A stretch of DNA of 64,000 bases, taken from an uncultured Methanosarcinaceae archaeon. GTDB lineage: Archaea > Halobacteriota > Methanosarcinia > Methanosarcinales > Methanosarcinaceae. Below are positions 11,442-22,428 of this stretch, piece by piece. Both the position numbers and the translations under genes were made by a program. Positions within the stretch are counted from its first letter, which is position 1. Every line of letters starts with the position of its first letter. A model generated the notes under the pieces. That model searched no databases, was not told the origin of the DNA, and saw only the letters and a program-made list of their open reading frames with translations. The stretch is from contig CAWHXP010000007.1 of assembly GCA_963833425.1 (NCBI GenBank), forward strand, positions 224,001 to 288,000, in the 5' to 3' direction.

Positions 11442-12479
11442 CTAAATTACTAACAAGTCATTTTTCACCATCATTCTGACCAGTTCTTCGAAACTAACTT
11501 TTGTTTTCCATCCGAGTTTTTCTCTGGCTCTTGAAGAATCTCCTATCAGCAGATCCACTTCTGTGGGTCTATAAAAAGTCGGATCAACTTCAACAAGTAT
11601 TCTTCCACTGTCAACATCTCTACCTATTTCGTTAACACCTTCACCTTCCCACTCCAGATTAATGCCAGCTTCTTTGAATGCAAGTTCAGTAAATTCTCTA
11701 ACGGAATGAGTCTCTCCTGTTGCTATGACATAATCATCGGGTTTATCTTGCTGCAAAATAAGCCACATGGCTTCTACATAGTCACCTGCAAAGCCCCAGT
11801 CACGTTTGGCATTGAGATTTCCAAGGTACAGCTTATCTATGAGTCCTTTTTTAATTTTTGATACAGCTATTGTAATCTTCCTAGTAACAAAATTTTCTCC
11901 TCTCAACGGAGATTCATGATTGAAAAGGATACCATTGCAAGCAAACATACCATAAGCTTCACGATAGTTTATTGCAATCCAGTAAGCATATAGTTTAGCT
12001 ATTGAGTAAGGACTTCGAGGATAGAAAGGCGTAGCTTCATTTTGAGGAATCTCGCGTACTTTGCCAAATAATTCACTTGTTGATGCCTGATAGAATTTAG
12101 ATTTATCTTCAAGCCCCAAAATTCTTATTGCTTCTAAAATACGAAGTGTTCCTAGTCCATCAGAATTTGTAGTATATTCAGGAGTCTCAAAAGAAACCTG
12201 AACATGGCTTTGTGCGCCAAGATTATAGATTTCATCCGGCTCTATGTCTTTAATGAGCCTTACAATGTTCGCTGAATCCGTCAAGTCTCCATAATGCAAT
12301 AAAAGATTAGAGCCATTTTGATGCGAATTTTCTTTCAGGAGATGATCTATACGTTTTGTATTACTCAGAGACGCGCTTCTGTACATTCCATGCACCGTGT
12401 AACCTTTATTCAGCATAAATTCTGTAAGATAAGCTCCGTCCTGCCCGGTTATACCTGTGATTAATGCTACTTTAGACAT
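11442..12479 (-). CDS. gmd: GDP-mannose 4,6-dehydratase
   Basis: [68 protein letters not shown]. Confidence 0.97.
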   Translation of the reverse strand: MSKVALITGITGQDGAYLTEFMLNKGYTVHGMYRSASLSNTKRIDHLLKENSHQNGSNLLLHYGDLTDSANIVRLIKDIEPDEIYNLGAQSHVQVSFETPEYTTNSDGLGTLRILEAIRILGLEDKSKFYQASTSELFGKVREIPQNEATPFYPRSPYSIAKLYAYWIAINYREAYGMFACNGILFNHESPLRGENFVTRKITIAVSKIKKGLIDKLYLGNLNAKRDWGFAGDYVEAMWLILQQDKPDDYVIATGETHSVREFTELAFKEAGINLEWEGEGVNEIGRDVDSGRILVEVDPTFYRPTEVDLLIGDSSRAREKLGWKTKVSFEELVRMMVKNDLLVI

Positions 12480-12510
12480 TTTACCACACTACATTAAACA
12501 AATATAAGTC

Positions 12511-13536
12511 CTAATATTTTGCAAATTCAAGATCGTCTTTAACCATCATTTTGACCAATTCATAAAAATTCGTCCTGGGTACCCATCCGAGTTTTTCTCT
12601 AGCTTTTGAAGGATCCCCAACTAATAAGCTTGACTCTATAGGCCTGTAAAACTGTGGATCCACTTCAATAAGGATCTCACCTGTTGCAGCATTTCTCCCT
12701 TTTTTATCTAGCCCTTTTCCTTCCCATTTGATTTCGATTCCAGCTTCCCTAAATGCAAATTCCGCCAGATCCTTTACCGAATGTGTTTCACCTGTAGCGA
12801 TCACATAATCATCCGGTTTATCCTTCTGCAACATGAGCCACATAGCTTCAACATAGTCTCCTGCAAAGCCCCAATCTCTTTTTGCATTTAGATTTCCCAG
12901 ATACAGTTTCTTCTGGAGTCCTTCTTTTATTTTAACTGCGGCCTTGGTAACCTTTCTCGTAACAAAACTATCTGGTCTTATTGGTGATTCGTGATTAAAC
13001 AATATGCCATTGCAGACGAACATTTCATAAGCTTCGCGATAATTCACACAGATCCAGTACGCATACAACTTTGATACTGCATAAGGGTTTAGGGGGCTGA
13101 AGGGAGTATTTTCATTTTTTGGGGTTTCCAGAGAGTTTCCGAATAATTCGCCAGTGGAAGCCTGAAAAAACTTTGTTTTGTCTTCAAGTCCGAGGGTTCG
13201 AATCGCTTCTAGGAGGCGCAGGGTGCCTAATGCATTTATTTCTGCGGTATATTCCGGTCGGTCAAAAGAAGTGGGTACATTGCTTTGAGCCGCTAGGTTA
13301 TAAATCTCGTCCGGACGTACCTCTTTGAGAATTCTTATAATTTTTGAATAATCTGTCATGTCACATAAGTGAAACTGTTGATTATTATTTATTATATATT
13401 CTTTCTTAGATCCTGTGCTAGTAGCAGAAGATTCTCTCTTTATTCCATGCACGACGTACCCTTTATCTAATAAAAATTTTGAAAGATACGTCCCATCTTG
13501 ACCTGTTACGCCTGTGATCAGTGCAATCTTTGTCAA
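12511..13536 (-). CDS. gmd: GDP-mannose 4,6-dehydratase, second divergent paralog
   Basis: [56 protein letters not shown] start. Confidence 0.9.
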   Translation of the reverse strand: MTKIALITGVTGQDGTYLSKFLLDKGYVVHGIKRESSATSTGSKKEYIINNNQQFHLCDMTDYSKIIRILKEVRPDEIYNLAAQSNVPTSFDRPEYTAEINALGTLRLLEAIRTLGLEDKTKFFQASTGELFGNSLETPKNENTPFSPLNPYAVSKLYAYWICVNYREAYEMFVCNGILFNHESPIRPDSFVTRKVTKAAVKIKEGLQKKLYLGNLNAKRDWGFAGDYVEAMWLMLQKDKPDDYVIATGETHSVKDLAEFAFREAGIEIKWEGKGLDKKGRNAATGEILIEVDPQFYRPIESSLLVGDPSKAREKLGWVPRTNFYELVKMMVKDDLEFAKY

Positions 13537-13930
13537 GGAATCACCTTATTTTGCTCCTATATCTATCCTGCAGAAAATAGAACATTTATTTATCAAAAAG
13601 TTAACTCCCTATGCAGAAAGCATACTTCTTAAACTATATAAATTATTTGATACATCCAATATTTTCGAATCTCTTCATTTTCTGAACCTTCGCAAATAAG
13701 ATGAAAATCGAAAAAATTATTTAAAGTAATGGAGTTATAGTTTGTGATAACTAAAAACTACTCACCCTTGTATGGAGTTAGTCACTTTATTGTCTGTATT
13801 CCTGATTTATACAGCATGTTAGATATAATAAATTTACAAACAATCATATTATAGCACCAAAATTTTTTTTATTATTTCATGTATAACATCACTATCAATT
13901 CCATAAAGTTCGTGATCAGAGATCTTGGGT

Positions 13931-14078
13931 AAAATTCTTCCAGTTCAAGGACTTTGCGCAGACATGCTTAAGAGAGCGATGCGTAATCTGCTTTTTAATA
14001 CTAAAGCCACGTTGAATAAAATTAATTAATACTGTTCATGATGAACTTGCTTTTAAATGCAAGGCAGAAAAAGCTGAA
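13931..14078 (+). pseudogene. family A DNA polymerase C-terminal remnant (motif C)
   Basis: Translates, with one frameshift and one stop, as KILPVQGLCADMLKRAMRNL/FLILKPR*IKLINTVHDELAFKCKAEKAE. Colinear with NLPIQSLCTDMIKIAMTNIFRQLEPKSVKFINTVHDELVFECAEAQADE at ~62790-62940. Confidence 0.85.
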
Positions 14079-17000
14079 ATAACGCTCAGAAACAACCGTA
14101 TTCTTAAGGCAATCAATCGGATCTTCAGCATTGTAGTACAGGATAAGACAGAAGAAGATCTGGGAAAAGAGTGCCTTGCTGTAGGTCTATAAGTGACAGG
14201 CAGTCCGCTCGGTTTCGTCAATTTAATGGGTGATTATGGGCTACTGCTCGATATTTTGATCAGCGACATTTGGTTGGAACAGTGCCTGATGTACGACAAG
14301 ACTGGCCATCGCCGTCCTCCGGGAAATTTTGTCGTGCATGGCTTGTATGGTAATGTCATTAAAAACGGGAAGGGATTTTTTACTAACGATCCACTATCAC
14401 ATCAAGATAGTATCGGCGTGACACACGGTCATCCCCAACTCACTTCATTTCTTGGCGTACCCCTAAATCTTAGATGAGAAAATAGTAGGCATGCTGGGGG
14501 CTGCAAACAGAGAAGGGAGCTATAGATGCGAGCAGCAGGAAGATCTTGTAACTATCGTACCAGCAATTGTGCAAGCTCTACATAGGAAAGGAGCCGAAAA
14601 GAAACTGCAGGAAAGCGAGGAGCAATAAAAGGCATTTTGAGAATAGTATTGATGCCGTTCTTCTCACATCACCAGATGGAACCATTGTTGCAGCTAATGC
14701 AGACGCCTGCCGGATCTTCGGTATGACCGGGAGGGAGAAATCATCAGAGCTGGTAGAGAAGGGGTTGTAGATACATCTGATCCAAGACGCCATCCTGCCC
14801 TGGAGGAAAGGGCCAAGACGGGCAAATTTAAGGGGGAGCTCAATTACAAGCGGAACGACGGTACAATTTTTTCAGGCGAGGTATCGACTACATTATTCAA
14901 GGGTAAAGATGACTCGATGAGAACCTTTACGATCATTAGGGATATTACCGAGCGCAAACAGGGACAGGAGATACTACAAAAGAACGAGTATTAGTACCGT
15001 CGTCTATTTGAGAATATTCAGGAAATGATCACTGTTTACGAGGTAGAGCGAGACTATGAGGGAAGGATCATCGAGCGCAGGCTGATCGATGGCAATCCAT
15101 AATTTGTTCGCACAACTAAATACGCTTCCATAGACTAGATTCGTACCAAGACTTCTAGCGAGGTCTTTGGGGAGAATGGGCGGACAATCACTTGTAGGCT
15201 GTTAAAGAAGCTATGGATAGAAATGAGGTGTGGACTCCGGAAGTGTACTTGAGCGAGTCAGACCGCTACTATATCACCATCATCATCCCTTTAGACACAA
15301 ACACCTACATTGGAACTGACCGAGACATCACCGAACTAAAAAATATAGAAAAGGCCCTTAAAGAAGGCAAAAATATCTACCGTGCGATAGGCGAATCCAT
15401 CGACTACGGCGTGTGGGTATGTGATCCAGATGGACGCAACACTTACGCCAGCCCTTCCTTTCTCAAGATGATTGGCTTAACACAACAACAATGTTCGGAT
15501 TTTGGATGGGGTGATTCCACCTCGACGATGCCGAACGCACCATCGCAGCGTGGCAGGAGCGTGTCAGGACCGAAGGCAGCTGGGATATCAAGCATCGCTT
15601 CCACGGTGTGGACGACAAATGACATAAACATATTGGCGCATGGCGTCCCCGTTCGGGACGACGCGGGGAAAATTGCGTGTTGGGCCGGTATCAATCTCGA
15701 CATCAGCGATATAGCGAAAACCTAAATGGCCTTGCATGAAAGTGAAGCGCGGTTCCGTACGATGGTTAGTGCGATCCCACAATTGGCTTGGAATGCTCAT
15801 CCAGATGGCTATATTTACTGGTATAACGAGCGCTGGTATTCTTATACTTGCACAACACCGGAGCAGATGGAAGACTGGGGCTGGCAGAGCGTTCACGATC
15901 CTGAAGTGCTACCAAAAGTACTGGAGCAGTTGAAGGCTTCGATTGCTACTGGCCAGATGTTTGATATGGAGTTCCCACTTCGCGGCGCCGATTGTATTTT
16001 TCGCCCCTTCCTTACGCGTGTTTTGCCTTTGAAAGATGTCAATGGAAATGTCATTCAGTGGTTTGGGACAAATACGGACATCACTGAGCTCAAGAGGGGA
16101 GAGCAGGAAAGTGAGACTACGGTGGAGTTTTTGGATCTCATAAGCGAGACCACGGGGATGGTAGATTTGGGTCATTCTGCCGATAATTTCTTCCAAGATC
16201 GCTCCGGCTTCGAAGCCGTAGGCATCCGACTCAAAGATGGCAATGATTATCCTTACTTCGAAACTTCTGGTTTTTCCAAGTATTCATGAGGTTTGGAAAC
16301 AGTCTCTGTGTACTGAACGATTTTGGACAGCCTATATGCGATAGTGATGGCTATCAGATTCATGAATGCATGCATGAAACGTCATCTGCGGAAGATTCGA
16401 CCCCTCTAAACCCTTCATCACAGCGCGGGGAAATTTCTGGGCCAACAGTTCCGTGGTACAGTTGGCCACTACTACTGAAGCTGATCACCTAGCCCGCACG
16501 CGCAATAGATGCAATGGTGAAGAGTATGAATCCGTAGCCATGATAGCTTTACGCGTGGGTAAGGATAGACGGGTTTTTCTCCAGTTGAAAGATAGACAAA
16601 AGAGCAGTTTACCGTGGAAACTATTTCAATGTGGGAACGGCTAGCAGACTATTTGTCCGTTGCCCTTACCAAGGCGCAGGCTGAGGAATCTTTACAGGAA
16701 GCATACGAGAATCTCCAAATGAAGTCCGAGGAGTTGCATGTTCAGTCTGAAGAAATTCAGGCACAAAACAAAGAGTTACAAACTCAATCAGAGGAATTTC
16801 GCAAAGCATATGAAACCCTGCTGGAGAGTGAGGCAAAGTACCGCGACCTATTCGAGACTGTGAGGAGGTCTTCTACATTGATCTGCTCATCTACGATGAA
16901 GATGGTAACGTCGTAGAATGGGGTTTCGAGGATTTCAACCCGGATGGATTAAAGCTCCTCGGTTTGAAAAATATTGATGATGCCAAAGGAAAAGGGGGTC

Positions 17001-17892
17001 AGAAGTGCTCGGTTGTGAGACACCTTCATTCTATCTTCCCTTGATCGAGAAGGCTCGGCTGTCGAGTAAAGCTGTCATGTTTCAGTACCATAGCCCTTAC
17101 GTGGACAAGGAATTTTTCACATCTTATATTGTTCGTGGCGACCGCCTAATTTCCGCTCAGATGGACATCACAGAGCGTAAACAAATGGAAGATGTCCTAC
17201 GCGAGAGCGAAGCACAGCGTCAGGCTACCAAAGCTATCGACGATGAACGGCAGCAGCTCTTTGACGTGCTAGAGACTCTTCAGACAATGATATGCCTGTT
17301 GACACCTGATTATCATGTCGCTTTTGCCAACCGCGCTTTCCGCGAAAAGTTCGGTGAGTCTGACGGAAGATGCTGTTATGGATATCGTTTTGGACTCACA
17401 AAGCGGTGTGAGTTCAGCGAATCCTATAAAGTACTTGAAACCGGAAAACCCCATAATTGGATGTAGTATACAGGCTTTACATTGGAAGAAAGCTATGGCC
17501 ATGGTTGGAACAAGCCCTTTCACCCAGATGACCAAAAACGTGCTTGGAATGCCTGGCAAAATGCGGTGCACAACAACGGCCCTTATTCTCTTGAATGCCG
17601 GCAACACGGTGCAGACGGCTTCTATCGCTGGTGGCTGATTCGTGGAGTGCCATTCTTAAATGAGAGTGGAGCGATAGATAAGTGGTTCGGTACTTGTACA
17701 GACATCCACGAGATCAAGCAGGCTGAAGAAAAAATTAGGTTATCCAATATTTATAATCGTAGTTTGATCGAAGCTAGCTTGGATCCTTTAGTAACCATTG
17801 GTCATGATGGTAAAATTACTGATGTAAATGAAGCTGCAGAACAAGTTACTGGTTATTCACGGATGAGCTCATTGGTACCGACTTTACGAACT

Positions 17893-17974
17893 ATTTCACT
17901 GAGCCTGAGAAGCTCAGAAAGGATATCAAGAAAATTTCACTGAGCCTGAGAAAGCTCAGAAAGGGTATCAAGAA
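17893..17974. repeat. ~41-bp imperfect tandem duplication within kinase pseudogene
   Basis: ATTTCACTGAGCCTGAGA(A)AGCTCAGAAAGG(A/G)TATCAAGAA at 17893 and 17934. Confidence 0.9.
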
Positions 17975-18738
17975 GTGTTTAAGGAAAGATTTGTGTCGGA
18001 CTATGCGCTTGAAATTCAGCACAAAAATGGAAAAATAACACCAGTTTTATACAATTCTTCAATTTATATGGATGAATTTGGTGATGTTATTGGTATTTTC
18101 GCTGCAGCACGTGACATCACAGAGCAAAAAAAAGCAGAAGAAATTTTAAAGTTGAAATTAAAAGAACTTAACCGCTCAAATGAAGAATTAGAGCAATTAG
18201 CTTACGTTTCATCTCATGATTTACAAGAGCCCTTGAGGATGATTGCAAGCTATTTGCAGCTTTTACAAAGAAGATACGAGGGTAATCTTGATGGTAAGGC
18301 TGATAAGTACATCCACTTTGCAGTTGAAGGGGCTTGCCGTATGCAAAATCTAATATATGATCTTTTAGAGTTCTCTCGAGTGGCTAGAAATACTAGAGAA
18401 CCTGAGACCGTGAATTGTGAATTTATTTTGACTCAAGCATTATCCAATTTAAAATTGATGATAAGAGATAATAAAGCCACCGTATCTCAGGATCCTTTAC
18501 CTGATGTAATGGCAGATTCTACTCAGCTAGTTCAAGTATTTCAGAATATAATTATGAATGGAATAAAATTCCACGGTGATGAAGCACCAAAAATTCGTGT
18601 CTCTGCAGAGAAAAAAGCGAATGAATGGATATTTTTGGTTCAGGATAATGGAATTGGGATTGATACACAATATTTTAAGAAAATTTTTGAAATTGTTAAA
18701 AGATTGAATAAAAGGGAAGAATATTCTGGAACAGGAAT

Positions 18739-18768
18739 AGGGCTTGCAATCTGAGGGCTTGCAATCTG
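18739..18768. repeat. 15-bp tandem duplication creating a TGA stop in the HATPase domain
   Basis: AGGGCTTGCAATCTG x2; in frame, but the junction reads ATC TGA. Confidence 0.92.
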
Positions 18769-19557
18769 TAAGAAAATTTTAGAAAGGAATGGTGAACATA
18801 TATGGGCAGAATCTGAATTGGGTAAAGGTTCAACTTTTTATTTCACTCTACCAATCAATTAATCGAAGTTCAGAGACTAAATTATAGCACATAATAAATG
18901 ATCACTGCTGTAGAAAAAAATGATCTCAAAAACTTATGTGCAGTCCTGAAATAATAATAGTCGCAGCTGTGGTTTCAGAGAAGGCTGTGACGCCTTCCAC
19001 ACACATGCACTTGTACAGACGCTCTTTACATATACAAAAAAATCACAACATATATATTGAAGAAACAAGATTATATTTTTTCCACTAGAAATCCCTTGTT
19101 TTGAATTTACTATATATGTTCTATTAATGATTAGGTTCTTATAATTTTTGTGAATCTATCTTTAATTAGCTCATAATAGTAGAATAATTAAGTTAGCTTG
19201 TTTATGAAATTAATAATTTCCTTATTTGGCTTACACTATTTTAATGAGTTTCCATCCTCAATATTAGAGTTTTATCATAAAAAATACATTTTTGATGTCT
19301 TTATATTTAATCGAATACAAGTGAGAATTTATAACTTACTCAGGTCACTATTAACCTTTTTGTATAGGCTTTACCACTTTATAGAAGCCAGATAACATTT
19401 CTGCATATAGAAATATTTTTATATGTTTACCTCATTTCTCGAAAGAGGATTAAAAGGATTTCTAATCTAAAAAAGAAATTGTAGATAAATTGTCATTTGA
19501 TTCCTGATTGATTTAGTTCCAGAAAATATTAGAAACATAACCTTTCATATTTTTAGA

Positions 19558-20622
19558 GTGATACGGATTATTATGTACGGTTCAAAATGTCAACTAACCG
19601 ATCGAGATATTTCTACGAAGGAAAGTCCGCCCGTCTATCAGTCGGCTAATTTTATCCCAGAAAATTACGGATGTGACATGCTCGATCTATCGATTATCAT
19701 TCCAGTACATAATGAAGAAGAAAACATAGTTCCGCTATATGAGAAATTGTACTGCACTCTTTCAGGACTTGAAATAACACATGAGATCATTTTTATTGAC
19801 GATGGATCTACAGATAATACTTTCAAGGAAATAAAGTCAATTAGAGATAATCGGATAAGAATAATAAGGTTCCAGCGAAATTTTGGAAAAGCTGCAGCTC
19901 TTTCCTGTGGGTTCAACAAGTCAAAAGGAGAAGTTGTAATTACTATGGATGGGGACTTGCAGGACGATCCAAAAGAAATTCCAAAATTTCTTGAAAAATT
20001 AAAAGAATTTGATATGGTTTCGGGTTGGAAAAGCAAAAGATATGATCCTGTTTCAAAGACACTTCCTTCTAGATTCTTCAACAGATTAACTAGTTGTGTT
20101 ACAAGAATCAAAATTAATGATTTCAATTGTGGATACAAGGGATATAGAAGTGATGTTGTAAAGAATATCAACTTATATGGAGAGTTTCACAGATATATTC
20201 CAGTTTTAGCCGATTGGAAAGGTTACACTGTTGGAGAAGTAAAAGTTGAACATCATCCAAGAATTCACGGAAAATCAAAATATGGAATTGAAAGAATTCT
20301 TAAAGGGTTTTTGGACTTAATCACAGTTACATTTCTAATGCTGTACAAAAAAAGACCGCTGCATATTTTTGGAGGGGTAGGTCTCTTACTGGGATTTGTA
20401 GGAATATTAATATCCGGATATTTGTTCTTGTTATGGATTGTAGGTGCGAAGATAGGGGATAGACCTCTTCTCAGTTTAGGAATATTACTTACAGTTATAG
20501 GAGTTCAATTTATATCGATGGGATTAATAGGAGAACTGATCACAAATTCCAGGAACAACGACGATTACATCATAAAGTTTGATAGTCATGAATTGGAAAA
20601 CAGTATGCAAAATCGGAGTTAG
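19558..20622 (+). CDS. GT2 polyprenol-phosphate glycosyltransferase (ArnC/GtrB/DPM-like)
   Basis: LSIIIPVHNEE, IDDGSTD, RNFGKAAAL, MDGDLQDDP, DFNCGYK, two C-terminal TM helices; true start may be ATG 19573 or 19678. Confidence 0.93.
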   Translation: MIRIIMYGSKCQLTDRDISTKESPPVYQSANFIPENYGCDMLDLSIIIPVHNEEENIVPLYEKLYCTLSGLEITHEIIFIDDGSTDNTFKEIKSIRDNRIRIIRFQRNFGKAAALSCGFNKSKGEVVITMDGDLQDDPKEIPKFLEKLKEFDMVSGWKSKRYDPVSKTLPSRFFNRLTSCVTRIKINDFNCGYKGYRSDVVKNINLYGEFHRYIPVLADWKGYTVGEVKVEHHPRIHGKSKYGIERILKGFLDLITVTFLMLYKKRPLHIFGGVGLLLGFVGILISGYLFLLWIVGAKIGDRPLLSLGILLTVIGVQFISMGLIGELITNSRNNDDYIIKFDSHELENSMQNRS

Positions 20623-21502
20623 TCTGGGACTAATAATATATCTTATAAGTAAACTGGATATAAAGGCTATATATGAAGCCTTCGGTAAAATGGATATATT
20701 TTTACTTTCTTTCTCTCTACCTTTTATTGTTGTCATGTATTTGATAAAAGCAAGAAAGTGGCAGGCTTTACTTAACTGCATTGACATCGAAATTTCGATG
20801 CGTAAGTCACTGGAAATTGTTCTGATTGGTACTTTCTATGGAGCGATTACTCCAGGCAGAGCCGGAGAAGTCTCAAGAGCTTTTTATTTAAGTTCTGATA
20901 GCTCAAGAAGCATACCAACAATTATAATGGATAGAATTATAGACATTATCTGTCTTCTGTTATTGAGTACACTCTCAATAGCTTTCGTTTTTAAAGACCG
21001 GAATTTAATTTATCTGACGGCTCTAGCTATGGCACCTTTCATTGCTGGAATTATTCTGATTACAAACGAAAAATTTGTATCGTTTATATTTAAAAAAATT
21101 TCTAAAAGTCTAGAATATAAAGAGAATTATATAAGAACCATTAGAGAAATTACTAAGAATAAAAAAGTTTTGATTTTCGTTTTTTTAATGACCATTGGGT
21201 ATTATTTAGTAAACATTGTTGTTTATTGGGTAGTAATTAAATCATTAAGTTTAGCTTTAAACAATATACTCGTATTTTCTCTGCCAATAATTATAGTTTT
21301 GGGCAATTTCCCGATATCGATATCAGGGTTCGGAGTCAGAGAGTTTGTGAGTGTAACAATCTTCAATTTGCTGAATGAGAACTCAGAATATGGTTTTTCC
21401 TGTTCTGTAATTCTCTACTTATTGACAATTTTATCTCCTGCTTTATTTGGATTTTTGCTTACTTTGAAACAGAACCTTAAACCAAGCTGTATTTTTCAGT
21501 GA
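20588..21502 (+). CDS. lysylphosphatidylglycerol-synthase-TM / flippase-like membrane protein
   Basis: Multi-TM; ARKWQALL, TPGRAGE..R, MDRIID, PISISGFGVRE motifs; overlaps the GT2 stop. Confidence 0.88.
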   Translation: MNWKTVCKIGVSLGLIIYLISKLDIKAIYEAFGKMDIFLLSFSLPFIVVMYLIKARKWQALLNCIDIEISMRKSLEIVLIGTFYGAITPGRAGEVSRAFYLSSDSSRSIPTIIMDRIIDIICLLLLSTLSIAFVFKDRNLIYLTALAMAPFIAGIILITNEKFVSFIFKKISKSLEYKENYIRTIREITKNKKVLIFVFLMTIGYYLVNIVVYWVVIKSLSLALNNILVFSLPIIIVLGNFPISISGFGVREFVSVTIFNLLNENSEYGFSCSVILYLLTILSPALFGFLLTLKQNLKPSCIFQ

Positions 21503-21727
21503 TATTGTTCAAAAAGAAATCAAGAAATGATGTGAATTACAAACCATCAAACATAAATTTTAAAAGTTATTTGGAACTATTAAATATAAAATAATTTCAA
21601 AATAAATCCATATAATTGATGATAATTTAAATGAATAACTATCAGAGTAGAAATTATAAATAAATACAACTCTAAAAATTCGCTTCTGTAGAGTCATTCA
21701 TAACTTTATTAAAAACTTAAAAGAAAT

Positions 21728-21761
21728 TATGGTCTCATTTGGATTCGTAAATGAGACCATA
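21728..21761. other. perfect 13-bp inverted repeat (hairpin)
   Basis: TATGGTCTCATTT-ggattcgt-AAATGAGACCATA. Confidence 0.8.
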
Positions 21762-22428
21762 GGTACAGGTGTAGCGAAGGTATTGTCATAAATTGTCTAG
21801 TTCTGCCATATTGACGGATGTTTATATTTCCAAAAGTGCACTAAAAATTGCAAAAGACTCAAATTCAAAATGTAAATTGTGCAACGGAAGTGTATATGAT
21901 TTCTATTCAGAAAGAGCAGTTTTGACCTTGTAATCTCAACAGAATTGCTGACCATCTTAAAAAGCCGAATTCGACCCTCAAGGAAATTAGAAAAGCATCT
22001 AAAATTATTGCATATCCAGTTATCTAAAGAGCCTTATTTTCAGACAACTAAATTTGGAGAGGTAATAATTTGATACCTCTTGAGAAAGACATTGAAAATA
22101 TTCAAAATTTGAATTTAAGGGAATTCGAGCGATTAATAAATACCACTTAATTGTATTGGAAATTCGAAAACTTTCCCTGAAATGCGATATTGTTCAAAAA
22201 CGAAAATAATGAAAAGATAAATAAGACAGTCAATTAAATATTGCAAATTTGCAGGTTCATTTGAAATCAGATCCGAATCGAGGAGTGAATTAATGGAATT
22301 AAATGTTCAGAGAAATAATTACAGAGGTGTAGAGCACCAACACAATTAAATATTTGTAATTGTTCTTTTGATATCTGTATCAAATTCATTTGTTCTGACT
22401 CTTTATACTCTTATTTCGGAGAGGTAAA

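Larger units (their letters stand above)
14079..18862 (+). pseudogene. large multi-sensor histidine kinase (GAF + multiple PAS/PAC + HisKA + HATPase), heavily fragmented
   Basis: ORF fragments in shifting frames: GAF (HPQLTSFLGVPL), PAS/PAC (WQSVHDPE, WFGTNTDITELK, FHPDD, AARDITEQK), H-box AYVSSHDLQEPLRMI, N-box QVFQNIIMNGIKF, G1 DNGIGI, G2 GTGIGLAI, and after a stop [15 protein letters not shown]. Confidence 0.92.

Noticed and set aside
14079..18862. Pyrrolysine read-through rescuing the kinase
   Set aside because: Lesions include TAA/TGA stops and many frameshifts, not just TAG
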